Shown here piece by piece: positions 37,260-48,300 of a DNA stretch of 64,000 bases. Made by a program: the position numbers and the translations under genes. The notes under the pieces were generated by a model. That model made no database searches. It saw only the letters and a list, made by a program, of their open reading frames with translations, and was not told where the DNA came from. Positions within the stretch are counted from its first letter, which is position 1. The number at the start of each line of letters is the position of its first letter. This DNA is from Torpedo marmorata (lineage: Eukaryota). The stretch spans positions 82,212,001 to 82,276,000 of the forward strand of contig OZ360228.1 of NCBI GenBank assembly GCA_977017645.1, written 5' to 3'.

Positions 37260-37740
37260 TTTCAGAATCAGAATTTATTGTCATGAACATGTCACAAAAT
37301 TTGTTGTATTGCGGCAGCATCACAGTGCAAACATTTATATAAACCACCTTACAAAATAAATAAAAATAGTGCAAGGAAAAGAAAAAGTCAAAGTAAGGCA
37401 GTGTCTGTGATTTATTGTTCATTCAGGAATCTGATGGCAGCGGGGAAGAAGCTGTCCTTGTGCCGTTGAGTGCTCGTCTTTAGGCACCCGTACTTTTTTC
37501 CCGATGGTAGCAGAGTGAAGAGGGCATGGCCTGGGTGGTGGGAGTCCTTGAGGATAGAGGCTTCTTTCTTAAGACACCGCCTCGTGTAGATGTCCTCGAT
37601 GGAGTGAAGTCTGGTGCTCATGATGTCGCAGGCCAAGTTAACAACCCTCTGGAGTTTTTACTTGTCCTGAGCGTTGGCACCTCCGTACCAGACAGTGGTG
37701 CAACCAACCAGAATGCTCTTCACGTACTCCAATAGAAGTT
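37260..37740 (-). mobile_element. Rex1/Babar family 2 3' fragment
   Basis: RLHSIEDIYTRRCLKKEASILKDSHHPGHALFTLLPSGK...DSFFPAAIRFLN; (TTCTGA)n tail. Confidence 0.88.
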
Positions 37741-38769
37741 GATTTCGACTTCATATCTACATTTCATTAAAACCACCTATTTCCATCTCTGTATTACCTG
37801 GCTCTGGTGTATTTTTGTCTTCTTGAGGACGTCACTGGGATCGAGGCAGGGTAGGGACAAGGTCTATAATGTGTGGGTCAGACTGGATGAACTGGAGCCT
37901 TTTACTCTTCATTATTGTACATATGTGGGTTTACTTCTGTTGCTACTTTAAATACACTGAGGTTCAAGCTTTGCATAGTTGGAGTGAAAAGAACAACTAT
38001 CCCAAAGGGGATTCTCATGCTGTTATTAAAATGAATGTACATAAATGGATGTCAGGATAAATTAGCAACCCAAGTCTCTGATAACCTCTTTCCAGTTCCA
38101 TTCCCACCATTTCAACAAGCACACCTTTCTGCATTATAACTATATTAACTGTGCCACTAAAGAAATCCTGCTGATACATTGCATTCACATACAATATCTC
38201 AAGGATACATATTTCATGCACATGCCGTTAACACAAAGAAAATGTGATCCATTCTGCATCTGCAAACCATATGCTGGGATATTATTCTTGCTGTAACTTG
38301 CTGGGATTCCCCATTTTCATTCCAACATGAAGAGGTATGAACTTCTAATTTCTGATTGACTTTCTTGATGACTGAAATATTAAATTAGAAAGTTTTGCAA
38401 ATCTCACTTCTTTAAATATTGTCCTTATCCACAATACTAGTTTCCCATAGCAATGCAACAAGATTTACGTAAATCATGAAGTATAGTTTGCTTTTGATAC
38501 ACAGTATTTAAAGTCTTGAATATATTTCCATATAAATTGAGTTCCTGGGTTTTATGCCACATCTACCAGAATTTTATTAAATAATCAGTAAAAGTGTTTC
38601 CAACATTGTTTATTCTCAATCTTTACTTCTGTACATGTAATTTTAAGTATAATTTTAATGAACAAGTATATTTACAGTAAATAAAACACTACATTCCATG
38701 ACAACTGAACCACATGAGTATAAACTTGGTAAATGTATAAACCCAGTAGTTCTCAGCCAGCAGGTCTCA

Positions 38770-39497
38770 TACAGGTCTAATTACCACCGGCCTACAGGAC
38801 CAAGCCTCCATTATGATCTTCCACCTTGAACCGACGGCCAACAGGACCGAGCCTCCGACATGAACTCTCACCCTGGCCCCGGCAACCTACAGGACCGAGC
38901 CTCTGACGCGAACTCTCACCCTGACCCCATGGTTAAACATGAAAGTCTGCAGACACCGTGGTTGAAGTAAAAATACAATGCTGAAGAAACTCAGCAGGTC
39001 AAACAGTGTGCTTTATATAGCAAAGTTAAAGATACATAACCGACATTTCGGCTTGAGCCCTTCATCAAGGTGAAGGGCTCAAGCCCGAAACATCGGTTAT
39101 GTATCTTTATCTTTGCTATATAAAGTACACTGTTTGACCTGCTGAGTTTCTTCAGCATTGTGTTTTAATTTCACCCTGCGGCCCACAGGACCGAGCCTCC
39201 GACGGGAACTTTCACACTGGCCCCTGCGGCGCACAGGACCGAGCCTCCGACGGGAACTTTCACACTGGCCCCTGTGGCCCACAGGACCAAGCCTCCGACG
39301 GGAACTTTCACCCTGGCCCCTGCGGCCCACAGGACCGAGCCTCCGACGGGAACTTTCACCCTGGCCCCTGCGGCCCACAGGACCGAGCCTCCTACGGGAA
39401 CTTTCACCCTGGCCCCTGCGGCCGACAGGACCGAGCTTCTGACGGGAACTTTCACCCTGGCCCCTGTGGCCCACAGATCAGAGCCTCCATTGCGAAC
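38770..39497. repeat. 48-bp GC-rich minisatellite split by a Penelope insertion
   Basis: Unit CACAGGACCGAGCCTCCGACGGGAACTTTCACCCTGGCCCCTGCGGCC; about 6.5 homogeneous copies 39170-39497 and about 3 diverged copies before 38935. Confidence 0.92.
38935..39168. mobile_element. Inverted pair of Penelope pseudo-LTR ends
   Basis: Mirror sequence centred on CCCTTCATCAAGG/TGAAGGG at about 39070. Confidence 0.85.
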
Positions 39498-39499
39498 TC

Positions 39500-40165
39500 C
39501 CCCTCCCCCTTCATTTCCCTAACCCTCCCCTCCTTCCCTTGGATCCTTCCTACCCTCCACCTCCTGATCCATCCATCCACCTCCCTCCCCCCCGACATCC
39601 TCCACCTCATTGAACCCCTCTTCAACCCCTGCCTGATCTTCTCGAAGACGGGACGCTCTATCCTCAGTAGCGGCCTCACCTTCATCCCCTTTCACCCACA
39701 CCTCAACGAGTTCTGCACACACCATGATGCCAAACACTTTTCCGTCAGCTCCAACTCCGTGCCCACTTCTACAACCAGGATTCTCCATCCCCCACTACAG
39801 AACCATTCTACTGCTGTAAACCTTCTTCCTCCTCCTGGACACCTCGATCCGGCCTTCTACCTGCTTTGGACTTTTATATTTCCAACTGCCACCGTGACAT
39901 CAACCGTTTTGACTTCACCACTCACCTCACCCATTCGAATCTCACCCCCTCGGAAAACCTTGCCCTCCACTCACTCTGCACTAATCCCAAATTTACCTCC
40001 CCCTGCCCATTCTTCCCTTCTCCCCAACTTTTTAATTCAGGCACCTGCCTGCTTTTTACTCATACTTCGAAGAAGGGCTCAGGCCCAAAACATCGGTTAT
40101 ATATCTTTACCTCCTATGGATGCTGCGAGTTCCTCCAGCATTTCTGTGTTTTCAATTACCACAAT
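39500..40165 (+). mobile_element. Internally deleted Penelope-like element
   Basis: CTCAGTAGCGGCCTCACCTTCATCCCC (LS.GLTFIP), TCGAATCTCACCCCCTCGGAA (SNLTPSE), then pseudo-LTR with decayed hammerhead at 40063-40097. Confidence 0.7.
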
Positions 40166-41914
40166 GACATCCTCAGTTTGTTCATTTAAACATTTGTAGA
40201 CATTTTACAAATCAGATACAAAAATGTGTATTTTTGTGCAGAATGTTGATTTTTGTTGCATTAATGACAGATATATTTTGAGTAGATCCACATAAAGTAA
40301 TTGTGTGGGTTTGGTCACAAAATCCAAGCGCAGTGAGTGGTTCTTAATAAAGTATTTTGATGGTGAGCTGAGCTCGATGTTCTTCCCTTCCAGCATTTCT
40401 ACATTCCAGCTTCTTTGCGGGGAAAGAGGCATCCTTAATCCTGTGCACCTGAGATTGGTTAATTGAGCACAGGCCACAGCAGTTTTTATATTAGGGCTCC
40501 TTTACCCATGATTCCAGGACACTGCCCTCCACTGTGACAATATTGAAATGATCTCTTTTGCTACAGGTACTGCTACAATGAAAGAGTAAACAAAAACTGC
40601 TAATCAAAGGTAGGGCTACAGTAATTTGCAATGTAGTAATACACCAAATGGATGTTTCTACCAAAGATCTATCTGGACAATAAAGACCCAAGTCTATGTA
40701 TATGTTGAAGATATAATCTGTAAAGAATAAAAGTAATATTACCCATAATTAACATCTGCATCTCAATACTGCAACCAAACTGGATCTGGCACATTAAGCA
40801 GATGAATGTGACAGTTTTTGCTAATACAGATATAAAGTACTGCCTCCATGAAATCAGCACCAAGTAACCACCACAGAGAATCACTGTGCATGTCCATTCA
40901 ATTGTATCACTACTGGGATTGTGTTCCTGTCAGAGCAATTTACTTATTAGGCCCAGAACAAGTGGTAGCAGGCACAGACTAAATCCAAAATCAGGTTTAC
41001 TAGGGCAACGGTCTTAAACAATTCAACATGTTTCGTTATTGGTTGTTGCTGGCTGCATGAGATCCACCTGTCAACAGCCTGGCATCAAAACAATATGAAA
41101 GCAATTGAAAGTATTTAACGGGGTGTTAATTTAAAAATGGGCGTGAACACAACTCTGAACAGTAGACAATCAATAGTGACTACAACAAAGATTGTAAAAC
41201 AAAGCTGCGGTATTTGTCCTACCTCAATTGTTGACTACTTGCCACCTAATGGGCTAATTAGTTCGCTTTATAAAATGGAGTGAAAATGGGTTCACTTTAA
41301 TGGACCTCTGCAGAATTGCACTAGAATGTTGTAAAGTTATTCCATTCATATACATCCATCAAAAGACTTAAGACCTACTTGTGAATTCCCAGGAATGTTT
41401 TGGGAAGTCTTCTTAAATGTGGGAGAATGCAAGAAATAAACAAATGGTCCTCAGGGAGGGTAGTGTTTTCTCTTGTTCTATCTTCTGGTGTGGATGTGAA
41501 AGTAAATATAAACGTTTTGCAATTTTTATATGCAGACCTGTGTCCATTTGGAACCAATTTATTAAAAATGTTTATTTATAGACTCATTTAAAAAATGCAG
41601 TACATTTATAAATTAAACTCGTTGAATACCAACCTGCTGCATGGTGTGTGAATAGATCCAGAAGGATATTTCTTTGTTGGATTAGGTACTCAGTGCAGTA
41701 TCTGAGCTGGCTTCAAAATGTCTAATTTCTTCATGGTACAATAAGTAAATTTTTATATCAGTGGTTCTAAATTGCTCTTGTGGTTTTTAATACACCAGAA
41801 TCTGCCGATTTAAAACAGGGAATAACATTTCCTCGTCACAGCAAAAGTAACTATCATTTTGGACTCTATATTTTCTAAGTTTTTTTGTAGTTTATGAGTT
41901 AAGAACATAGCTTC

Positions 41915-42520
41915 CAGTTCTGATGAAGAAGTTAAACATGCTGTACTTCAATTTTCTGTGAATTGCAAAGACATGGTACATTTTTTAGTGTTTCTGTTTT
42001 TAACACAGTTTTCAAGCTGCTTCTGGTGTCCAATACCATCTCCTCCCCTGCACATGCCACTTTCCCTCCTTGTCAGAACCTTGAAAGGGATACCATCATC
42101 CTTCCACCCGACTGCCCTCTGCATTCAAAGAATCATTCTCTGTCATTTCTGACACCTCCCCACAGTCCTGCTATCATCTTCACCCCTCCCCTTTCAGCAT
42201 TTCAGAAGGGATGTTTCCTCCATGATGCCCTGGTTTGTTTCCTTCTTCAGTTTCCATGTCATATTCCCATAAAAAGAGATACTTTTAAATCCTCCTTTCC
42301 CAAGAGCCCAAAACACTTCCTTAAGGTGAAAGAATGGTTCACTTGTACAGACAACTCTTTCTTCTCATCTGCTTTCCCCACCATCATATTTATTTAAAAC
42401 TTTCTGCAGCTTCATCTTTCGCCACTGGTGATGAAAGGTTGTTATGCTGAAATATTAGCTCTGTTCTCATGTCACAGATGGTGCTGAACTTGTTGAGCAT
42501 TTCCAGCATTTTAAAACTGT
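41915..42520 (+). mobile_element. Old Penelope-like fragment
   Basis: FHPTALCIQRIILCHF and PLSAFQKGCFLHDALV motifs, followed by a decayed pseudo-LTR. Confidence 0.6.
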
Positions 42521-42571
42521 GGTTCTGCAATGTCAATACATCAGGAATCAAACTTATGAAGCTAATATTGA

Positions 42572-43162
42572 AAGAAAGACTTGCATTTGTACATTACCTT
42601 TCTCTATCTCAGGGTAATTATTGTACCATTGTAATGCCACCTTTTCTTCCTTTCACTTTGGTAACTGTAAATATTTATTATCTATCTTTTGTATTTATTG
42701 TCTCTTTTTAATTTTAATGTAATATATACTATAGTTTTTTTAACAAAGTACCTGTTCAGCTGCAGCAAGTAAGAATTATGGCACATATGCACAATGTACA
42801 ATGAATATGACAATAAACTCATTATCAAAATCCAAAATTCTCTCCAGACATTTAAGCACTTTTGAAGCATTGCAATATAGGAAAGTGGCAGCTAATTGAT
42901 CTGTGGCAACGTTCCTCAAGCAGTGAAATGGTAATGAGCAGATCGTCAGTTTTTATTAATGTTGATTAAGGCACTTGGCAGAACTCCATACTCTTCGACA
43001 AGGCAGACATCACAACTGAAAGACAACACCCGTGATGGTACTGCGGTCTCTAAATACAACAGTGCAGCATCAGCTTGGATTATGCACATGAGTCTCTGGA
43101 GTGAGATTTGAACCTACCACCTTCTTTTAGATGGAAGTACTTTAATTAAGCTATGAGTGACA
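42572..43162 (-). mobile_element. Ancient Deu-domain tRNA SINE (SacSINE1/AmnSINE1-like), interrupted by a LINE tail at about 42610-42835
   Basis: GAGTCTCTGGAGTGAGATTTGAACC (reverse B-box region), CACTTTTGAAG...GGAAAGTGGCAGCTAATT and GAAAGACTTGCATTT resemble this family as I recall it. Confidence 0.6.
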
Positions 43163-44123
43163 CTGAAGCAGATTTGTTGTAAATTAATCCTAATATTCAA
43201 TTTAGATAATGGTATACACCATTTGACAGACATTAGGACAGAATTCCTCCTTTCCTCACCTACCACCAGCCTCCGCATCCAACATATCAACGTCCATAAT
43301 TTCCGCCACCTACAATGTGATCCCACCACCAGACACATCTTCCCCTCTCCACACCTCTCCACTTTCTGCAGGGACTGCTCCCTCCATGACTCCCTTGTCC
43401 ACTCATCTCTTCCCACTAATTGCCCCCTCGGTATCTATCTCTGTGACTGCAGGAAATGCTATATTTGTGCCCCCACCTCCTCACTCACCACCATTCAGGG
43501 CCCTGTACAGTCCTTCCAAATGAAGCACACTTCACTTGTGAATCTGCAGTGGTCATCTACTGCATCCAGCACTCTCATCCTCTACATCGGAGAGACTGGA
43601 CGCAGACTAGGAGATAGTGTCATTGAGCATCTTTTCTCTGTCTACTGCAATAACGAGGACCTCCCAGTGGCCCACCATTTCAATTCCACACCCTGTCCAT
43701 GGCCTCATGCACTGCCAAGCCGAGGCCACCCACAAATTGGAGGAACAACACCTAATATTCCATCTGAGCACCCTCCAACCAGATGCCATTAACATTGACT
43801 TCTCCTGCTTCCATTAGGCTCCTCTCCTGTCTGTCTCTCTCTCTCTCTCTCTTTCCCTATCCCTCTGTTTCCTTTCCTCCAGCTCCCCACCCCTCTCAAT
43901 TCAGAGAGCTACTCCCTCCCCCTATCACTTCTCAGCTTTTTTTCCCTTTTGCCCTCCCATCCATATCCACCTATGACCTCTTACCTGTTGGCCTGTGTCC
44001 TGCCACTGCCACTTCTTCCCTCCTTCCCCCAACTTTTATTCAGGTGCCTGCCTGCATTTTGTTCATACCTTGATGAAGGGCTCAGGCCCGAAACATTGGT
44101 TATATACCTTTGCTTCCTATGGA

Positions 44124-45141
44124 TAAAGGTAAAGGTTCCATTATTGTCAGGTAATACTACATTTAGAATGTAACATACATGAAATTCTTTAATTTTTGTC
44201 TACTGTAAGGCAGACAGAGGGTCGCTACTTTGTCCAGCGCTCCTCACAGAAACCTACAGCTCCTGGTGTTCCTTGGCGGTCTCCCCTCCAAGTACTGATA
44301 GTCCTGTACAGGTGTCTAACCTTTTATCTGGAATTCCAGAAACCTCTGAAAACCAAACTTTTTTTCATGGATGTCATGTGCTCACCAAACATGACACGAC
44401 ATGACCTACACTTAGCTCATGCTTGAAAATCCCGTTTTGTTCCGCGTCAGTAGTTAATGGAACGTCAGGGACGTCGGCCTCCCGGCAGCAGCGAAAACAT
44501 CATACAGGTACGGACGCCCCTGCAACCCCGCCCTGTCCAGCGCCGCCGCAAACCCCCCTTGTCCAACGCCTCTGATTTGGAACGCATGCGTAGATTGCCG
44601 TCGCTGGGGAGGGAGAGAGATTGAAGAGGGAGAGAGAGCGACGGAAATCTGCGCATGCGTTCCAAATCACAACGCAGAAGCGGGGCCAACGTCGGCCTCC
44701 CGGCAGGAGCGGGATCTGCATCGTCCTCCCGGCAGGTCAGGAGCGCTGCCGACGTCGGCCTCCCGGCAGGTCAGGAGTACCTTCGGCGTCGGCCTCCCGG
44801 CAGGTTAGGAGCAGAACCAGTGTCGGCCTCCCGGCAGATCAGAGGCAGAGCTGGCGTCGGCCTCCCGGCATGTCAGGAACGGGACCGGCGTCGGCCTCCC
44901 GGCAGGTCAGAATCTAGGTCAGCTTTCCAAATCACAACGGAGCCGGTGACGTCGGCCTCCCGGGTCGGCAGCAGCGGGGACGTCGGCCTCCCGGCAGCAG
45001 CGGAGACGTTGGCCTCTATAATTCTATAATCCGAAAAAATCTGAATTCCGAAAAGTGTCTGGTCCCAAGGTTTTCGGATAAAAGTTAGGCCCCTGTACCT
45101 GCTTAGCTTCCGAGATCAGACAATCCCAGTCGTATTCAGGC
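44124..45141 (-). mobile_element. 5S rRNA-derived SINE (SINE3-like) with Rex-like tail, split by a MITE
   Basis: Reverse strand GTCTGATCTCGGAAGCTAAGCAGG[TA]CAGGACTATCAGTACTTGGAGGGGAGACCGCCAAGGAACACCAGGAGCTGTAGG is 5S-like (45141-45098 plus 44308-44251); then tail ...GAATTTCATG...ACAATAATGGAA(CCTTTA)n. Confidence 0.85.
44309..45095. mobile_element. Tc1/mariner-type non-autonomous element with internal GC-rich array
   Basis: TIRs CAGGTGTCTAACCTTTTATC / GATAAAAGTTAGGCCCCTG; TA duplicated at 44307-44308 and 45096-45097. Confidence 0.85.
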
Positions 45142-46014
45142 GATGCTGCGTGACCTGCTGAATTCCTCCAGCACTTTTGTGTATTAAATTTGCTTTCTTC
45201 AAATTCTGTTTCAATCTTGGCCTGCATTTTATTTTATTGCTAGCCTACCAGGAGATCCTTAATCCATGCAAGGAAAATATGTATGATTAGTTTGCAATCA
45301 CTGGATAATGTCTGTTTAGATGCAAGTTAAATGGATTCAGTGAACTGTAAAAGACAGGTCAGGAAAAGCTTTAACTATAACAATAGCAAATTGCAGACCA
45401 ATACTCCCCGTTCTTCTACTGTTATCTGCACATTTTTTTGGAATAAGTGCAACTCTACATTCTAAAAAGGATTGTTATAATGAAGGGTGCAATGATGGAG
45501 GGCAGGAAACAGCTGTTTATTCCCTAATATATAAAATTCAGGCTATTTGGATTGAAAAGTTTCAATTCCATTATTGTAAACAATGTCATAAACCATGCCA
45601 TGGATTTTAATGGAAGATTTACTTCCACTTTGGTTTTGAGACTCTAAAGTGGCTGATCAGGCGAGGTTAGAATTACAACCTCTCCCTTGCATAGGGCAGG
45701 AAGTGGCTGACATGGATGCAGGGCAGATACACGTCCTTTAGGTTCAGCACCATCCCGAACGTCCCTTCGGCATTTTGAATGGTTATTTACTAGGAGTTAT
45801 TGGGGATGCTGTACTTCAAGCAACTTTAACCATGTATTTTGATCTTTTTCTCTGTCAGCTTGGTTCAGGAGGTCCCCAGGTTAGAACAAGGTTCTGTTCC
45901 TGAGAACTTTTCATGTCAGAAATGAACAAAAACATTGTGTGGGAGGGAATTGCAGTAACAACTGTGAGGGGACAGCGAGCAGGCACAGGAGAGTGGCTTG
46001 CAGCCAGTCTCAGT

Positions 46015-46609
46015 AACCCTTTTTATGCTTAAACACCGCAATAAAGCTGGCTCAAGTCAAAAAAAGGTGAAATTACTTTTTATGGTGACGACCTGTATAG
46101 CGTATCCAGCGTTGACTTTATGCTGAGCTGCGTCGGGAGCTGGCTTCCTGATCTGAGGGAGGCGGGGCGAGTGGTGCAGTAGCGCTGCCCGCCACCATGA
46201 CGTCAAACATACGCGCCAAGAAGGGAAAGCGGCCTATACCCGAAAATGGCGACCAAAGAGCAGGTAAGAGCGCTGGTGGAGATCTGTGCAGGCAGGACTC
46301 AGGCAGATCTCCTGCACAGCGTAATAGCCTCTATTAACCATTTGGGTTTTTTAAAATTCGTGCTCCTGGGTCGCGAGCTGACGGCGTCATCGCAACGTCA
46401 TCAGCCCTCCCCTTTGCAGCCGCTTTCAGCAGCATTCGTTTTATGGAGGAGGTGGAGCGATTCACTCCACCTCTGTGTGTACCCCCCTAGGCGGATCAGA
46501 GTTCGACTGGCCAATCCGCCATCGGACCTTTTATGGAGGTAAGTGAAGCGACTTAAAGACAGAAATGTTTTGTCTTTACAATCGCTTTTTTTGCACTATA
46601 AAAGGGCCT
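46015..46609. mobile_element. PIF/Harbinger-like non-autonomous DNA transposon
   Basis: TIRs AACCCTTTTTAT / ATAAAAGGGCCT; 3-bp TSD AGT at 46012-46014 and 46610-46612; related copy at 63652-64000. Confidence 0.75.
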
Positions 46610-47120
46610 AGTGACTCACTGAGTGAGTGAGTGAGTCTGCTCAATGCTCCCAGCCCTGCTCAGCTCTACCCAACCTCTGATTGTGGTTCAAAGCGGGACT
46701 GAGGGTGGGAAAGGAGGTGGGAATGGGGAGAGAAGACAAATGGAAATGCCCCGTTCCCACCATCCAGAAGATGCATGCAGCAGCCAGCAAATCTACCCCT
46801 ATCCTTCTCACTGTTCTACCCACAATGGTCATGTGTTCATAATGCTGAATGACCTGTAATGTCCTCCTCTGACTGAGCTCGCAATAGAGTGTCTATTACG
46901 AATCAACAGATCTGCCAAAGAACCAATTTCACTGTAGATGTGTCAAACTAGGCTGTGCCATTGCCCCAACACTCTTCTCAATCTTTCTGGCCACAATGTG
47001 GCACTTCACCTTCATGAAACTCTCCTTGAGAATGGACCAATGAGCTATTGGGAAACTGTTCAACCTGTGGCGACTACCCTCCAAAACCAATGGCACGTAA
47101 GCCTCAGTAGTGGAGCCATA

Positions 47121-48170
47121 GGTTCAAAGGTTCCTGTAATTGTCACGTAATAATACATTAAAAATGTAATATACATGATATACTTCAACATTTGTCTGCC
47201 GTAAGGCAAATAAAGAGTTGCCATGCCACCCTGAAGAAGAGAAGCAAAAGAGAGTCCCTTCAGAGACACTGGATTTGCCTTCGACAATCTCGCAGCCTCT
47301 GCAGTTACATAAACTCCAGTTCAAATCATCGGCAACACGAGCTCCAGATCCAGACTTCCAATATGATCAGGAAGCCTTCAGCGCCTGAGACCCTTCGGGA
47401 GCCCTTCTTCCCCTCAGCACCCTCTCGAATCTTGGTTCCAATACCTGGTTCCCATGAGCCAGTCTCCAGCAGCTTGTGTGGGTCTTTCGACCACAAGTTG
47501 CCAGCAGCCTGCAGCCTGGGCAAGTCCTTCGACCACAAGTCGCCAACAGCCGACAGCCTGTGTGGATCCTGAGCCCTTCGCTGGTCACCGTCCTGTGGGG
47601 TCATCTCCTCTGCTTCTCCTTCTCATTCTCAAGGAGTGTTCTCCCCGTTTCTGGTGCCCTGCACCGGTCTGCTGCTACCTTGGAGTCTGCAACCCCTCGT
47701 GGTACGCTTCCCAGCACAGGCTCCATCATATGGGGCACAAACGGGCGGCATGGTTAGCGTAGCGCAATGCTGTTACAGTTCCAGCGACCGGGGTTCGAAT
47801 CCGACGCTGTCTGTAAAGAGTTTGTATGTTCTCCCCATGTCTGCGTGGGTTTCTGCCGGGTGTTCTGGTTTCCTCCCACCATTCAAAAATGTACCGGGGG
47901 TGTAGGTCAATTGGGTGTAATTGGGCGGCACATACTCGTAGGCCAAAAGGGCCTGTTACCATGCTGTGTGTCTAAATTTAAAAATTTATATTTCCGTGGT
48001 TGTAGGTTTTTAAAAAAAAATCACCATTGGCTCCTTTAAGAGGCTGTTTAAAGCCTGCATGGAGTCGTCGGCACCAGGACCAGGCAGTAGGACCCTACGG
48101 AGCAGTGCTATTTATCTGCACCAGCGACAACACTGCCATTACAGCAGCTCTGGCAGCCCCGCCATTTGCA
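47121..48170 (-). mobile_element. Diverged copy of the non-coding Rex-tailed element, containing a tRNA SINE
   Basis: Collinear similarity to 7437-8270; 5' end AAATGGCGGGGCTGCC at about 48168. Confidence 0.75.
47742..47990 (+). mobile_element. tRNA-derived V-type (HE1-like) SINE
   Basis: B-box GGTTCGAATCC, V-core, tail. Confidence 0.9.
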
Positions 48171-48300
48171 GCCACAGGATGCAAATAATTCTTGTGTTTA
48201 CACATGCTCAGATGCTGAGCCTTAAGTCACTGTCAACTCATTCGTTGAAGTATACCAGAAGTTTGGCCTTGAAATGAACATCCCCAAGATGAATGTCCTC

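Larger units (their letters stand above)
43240..45185 (+). mobile_element. Penelope-like element with GIY-YIG remnant; pseudo-LTR interrupted at 44124-45141
   Basis: LYIGETGRRLGD...EHL...LPVAHHFNS; CCTATGGAT resumes as GATGCTGCGTGACCTGCTGA at 45142; hammerhead-like core 44070-44097. Confidence 0.85.
46860..48300 (+). mobile_element. Old RTE-clade LINE fragment (46860-47120 and 48175-48300) hosting younger insertions
   Basis: GTCAAACTAGGCTGTGCCATTGCCCCAACACTCTTCTCAATCTTT (VK.GCAIAPTLFSIF); TTTGGCCTTGAAATGAACATCCCCAAG (FGLEMNIPK). Confidence 0.6.

Noticed and set aside
38744-38760. CAGTAGTTCTCAGCC resembling a hAT terminus before the minisatellite
   Set aside because: No matching opposite TIR or TSD found
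39097-39522. Repetitive Arg/Gly/Pro-rich ORFs
   Set aside because: Translations of a 48-bp minisatellite, open in several frames on both strands
44690-44915. CRISPR-like repeat-spacer appearance
   Set aside because: Vertebrate DNA, 10-nt spacers, no cas genes, inside a TA-flanked transposon; kept only as an unusual array
44251-45141. Functional 5S rRNA gene
   Set aside because: 5'-truncated, diverged, split by a 787-bp insertion and fused to a retroelement tail
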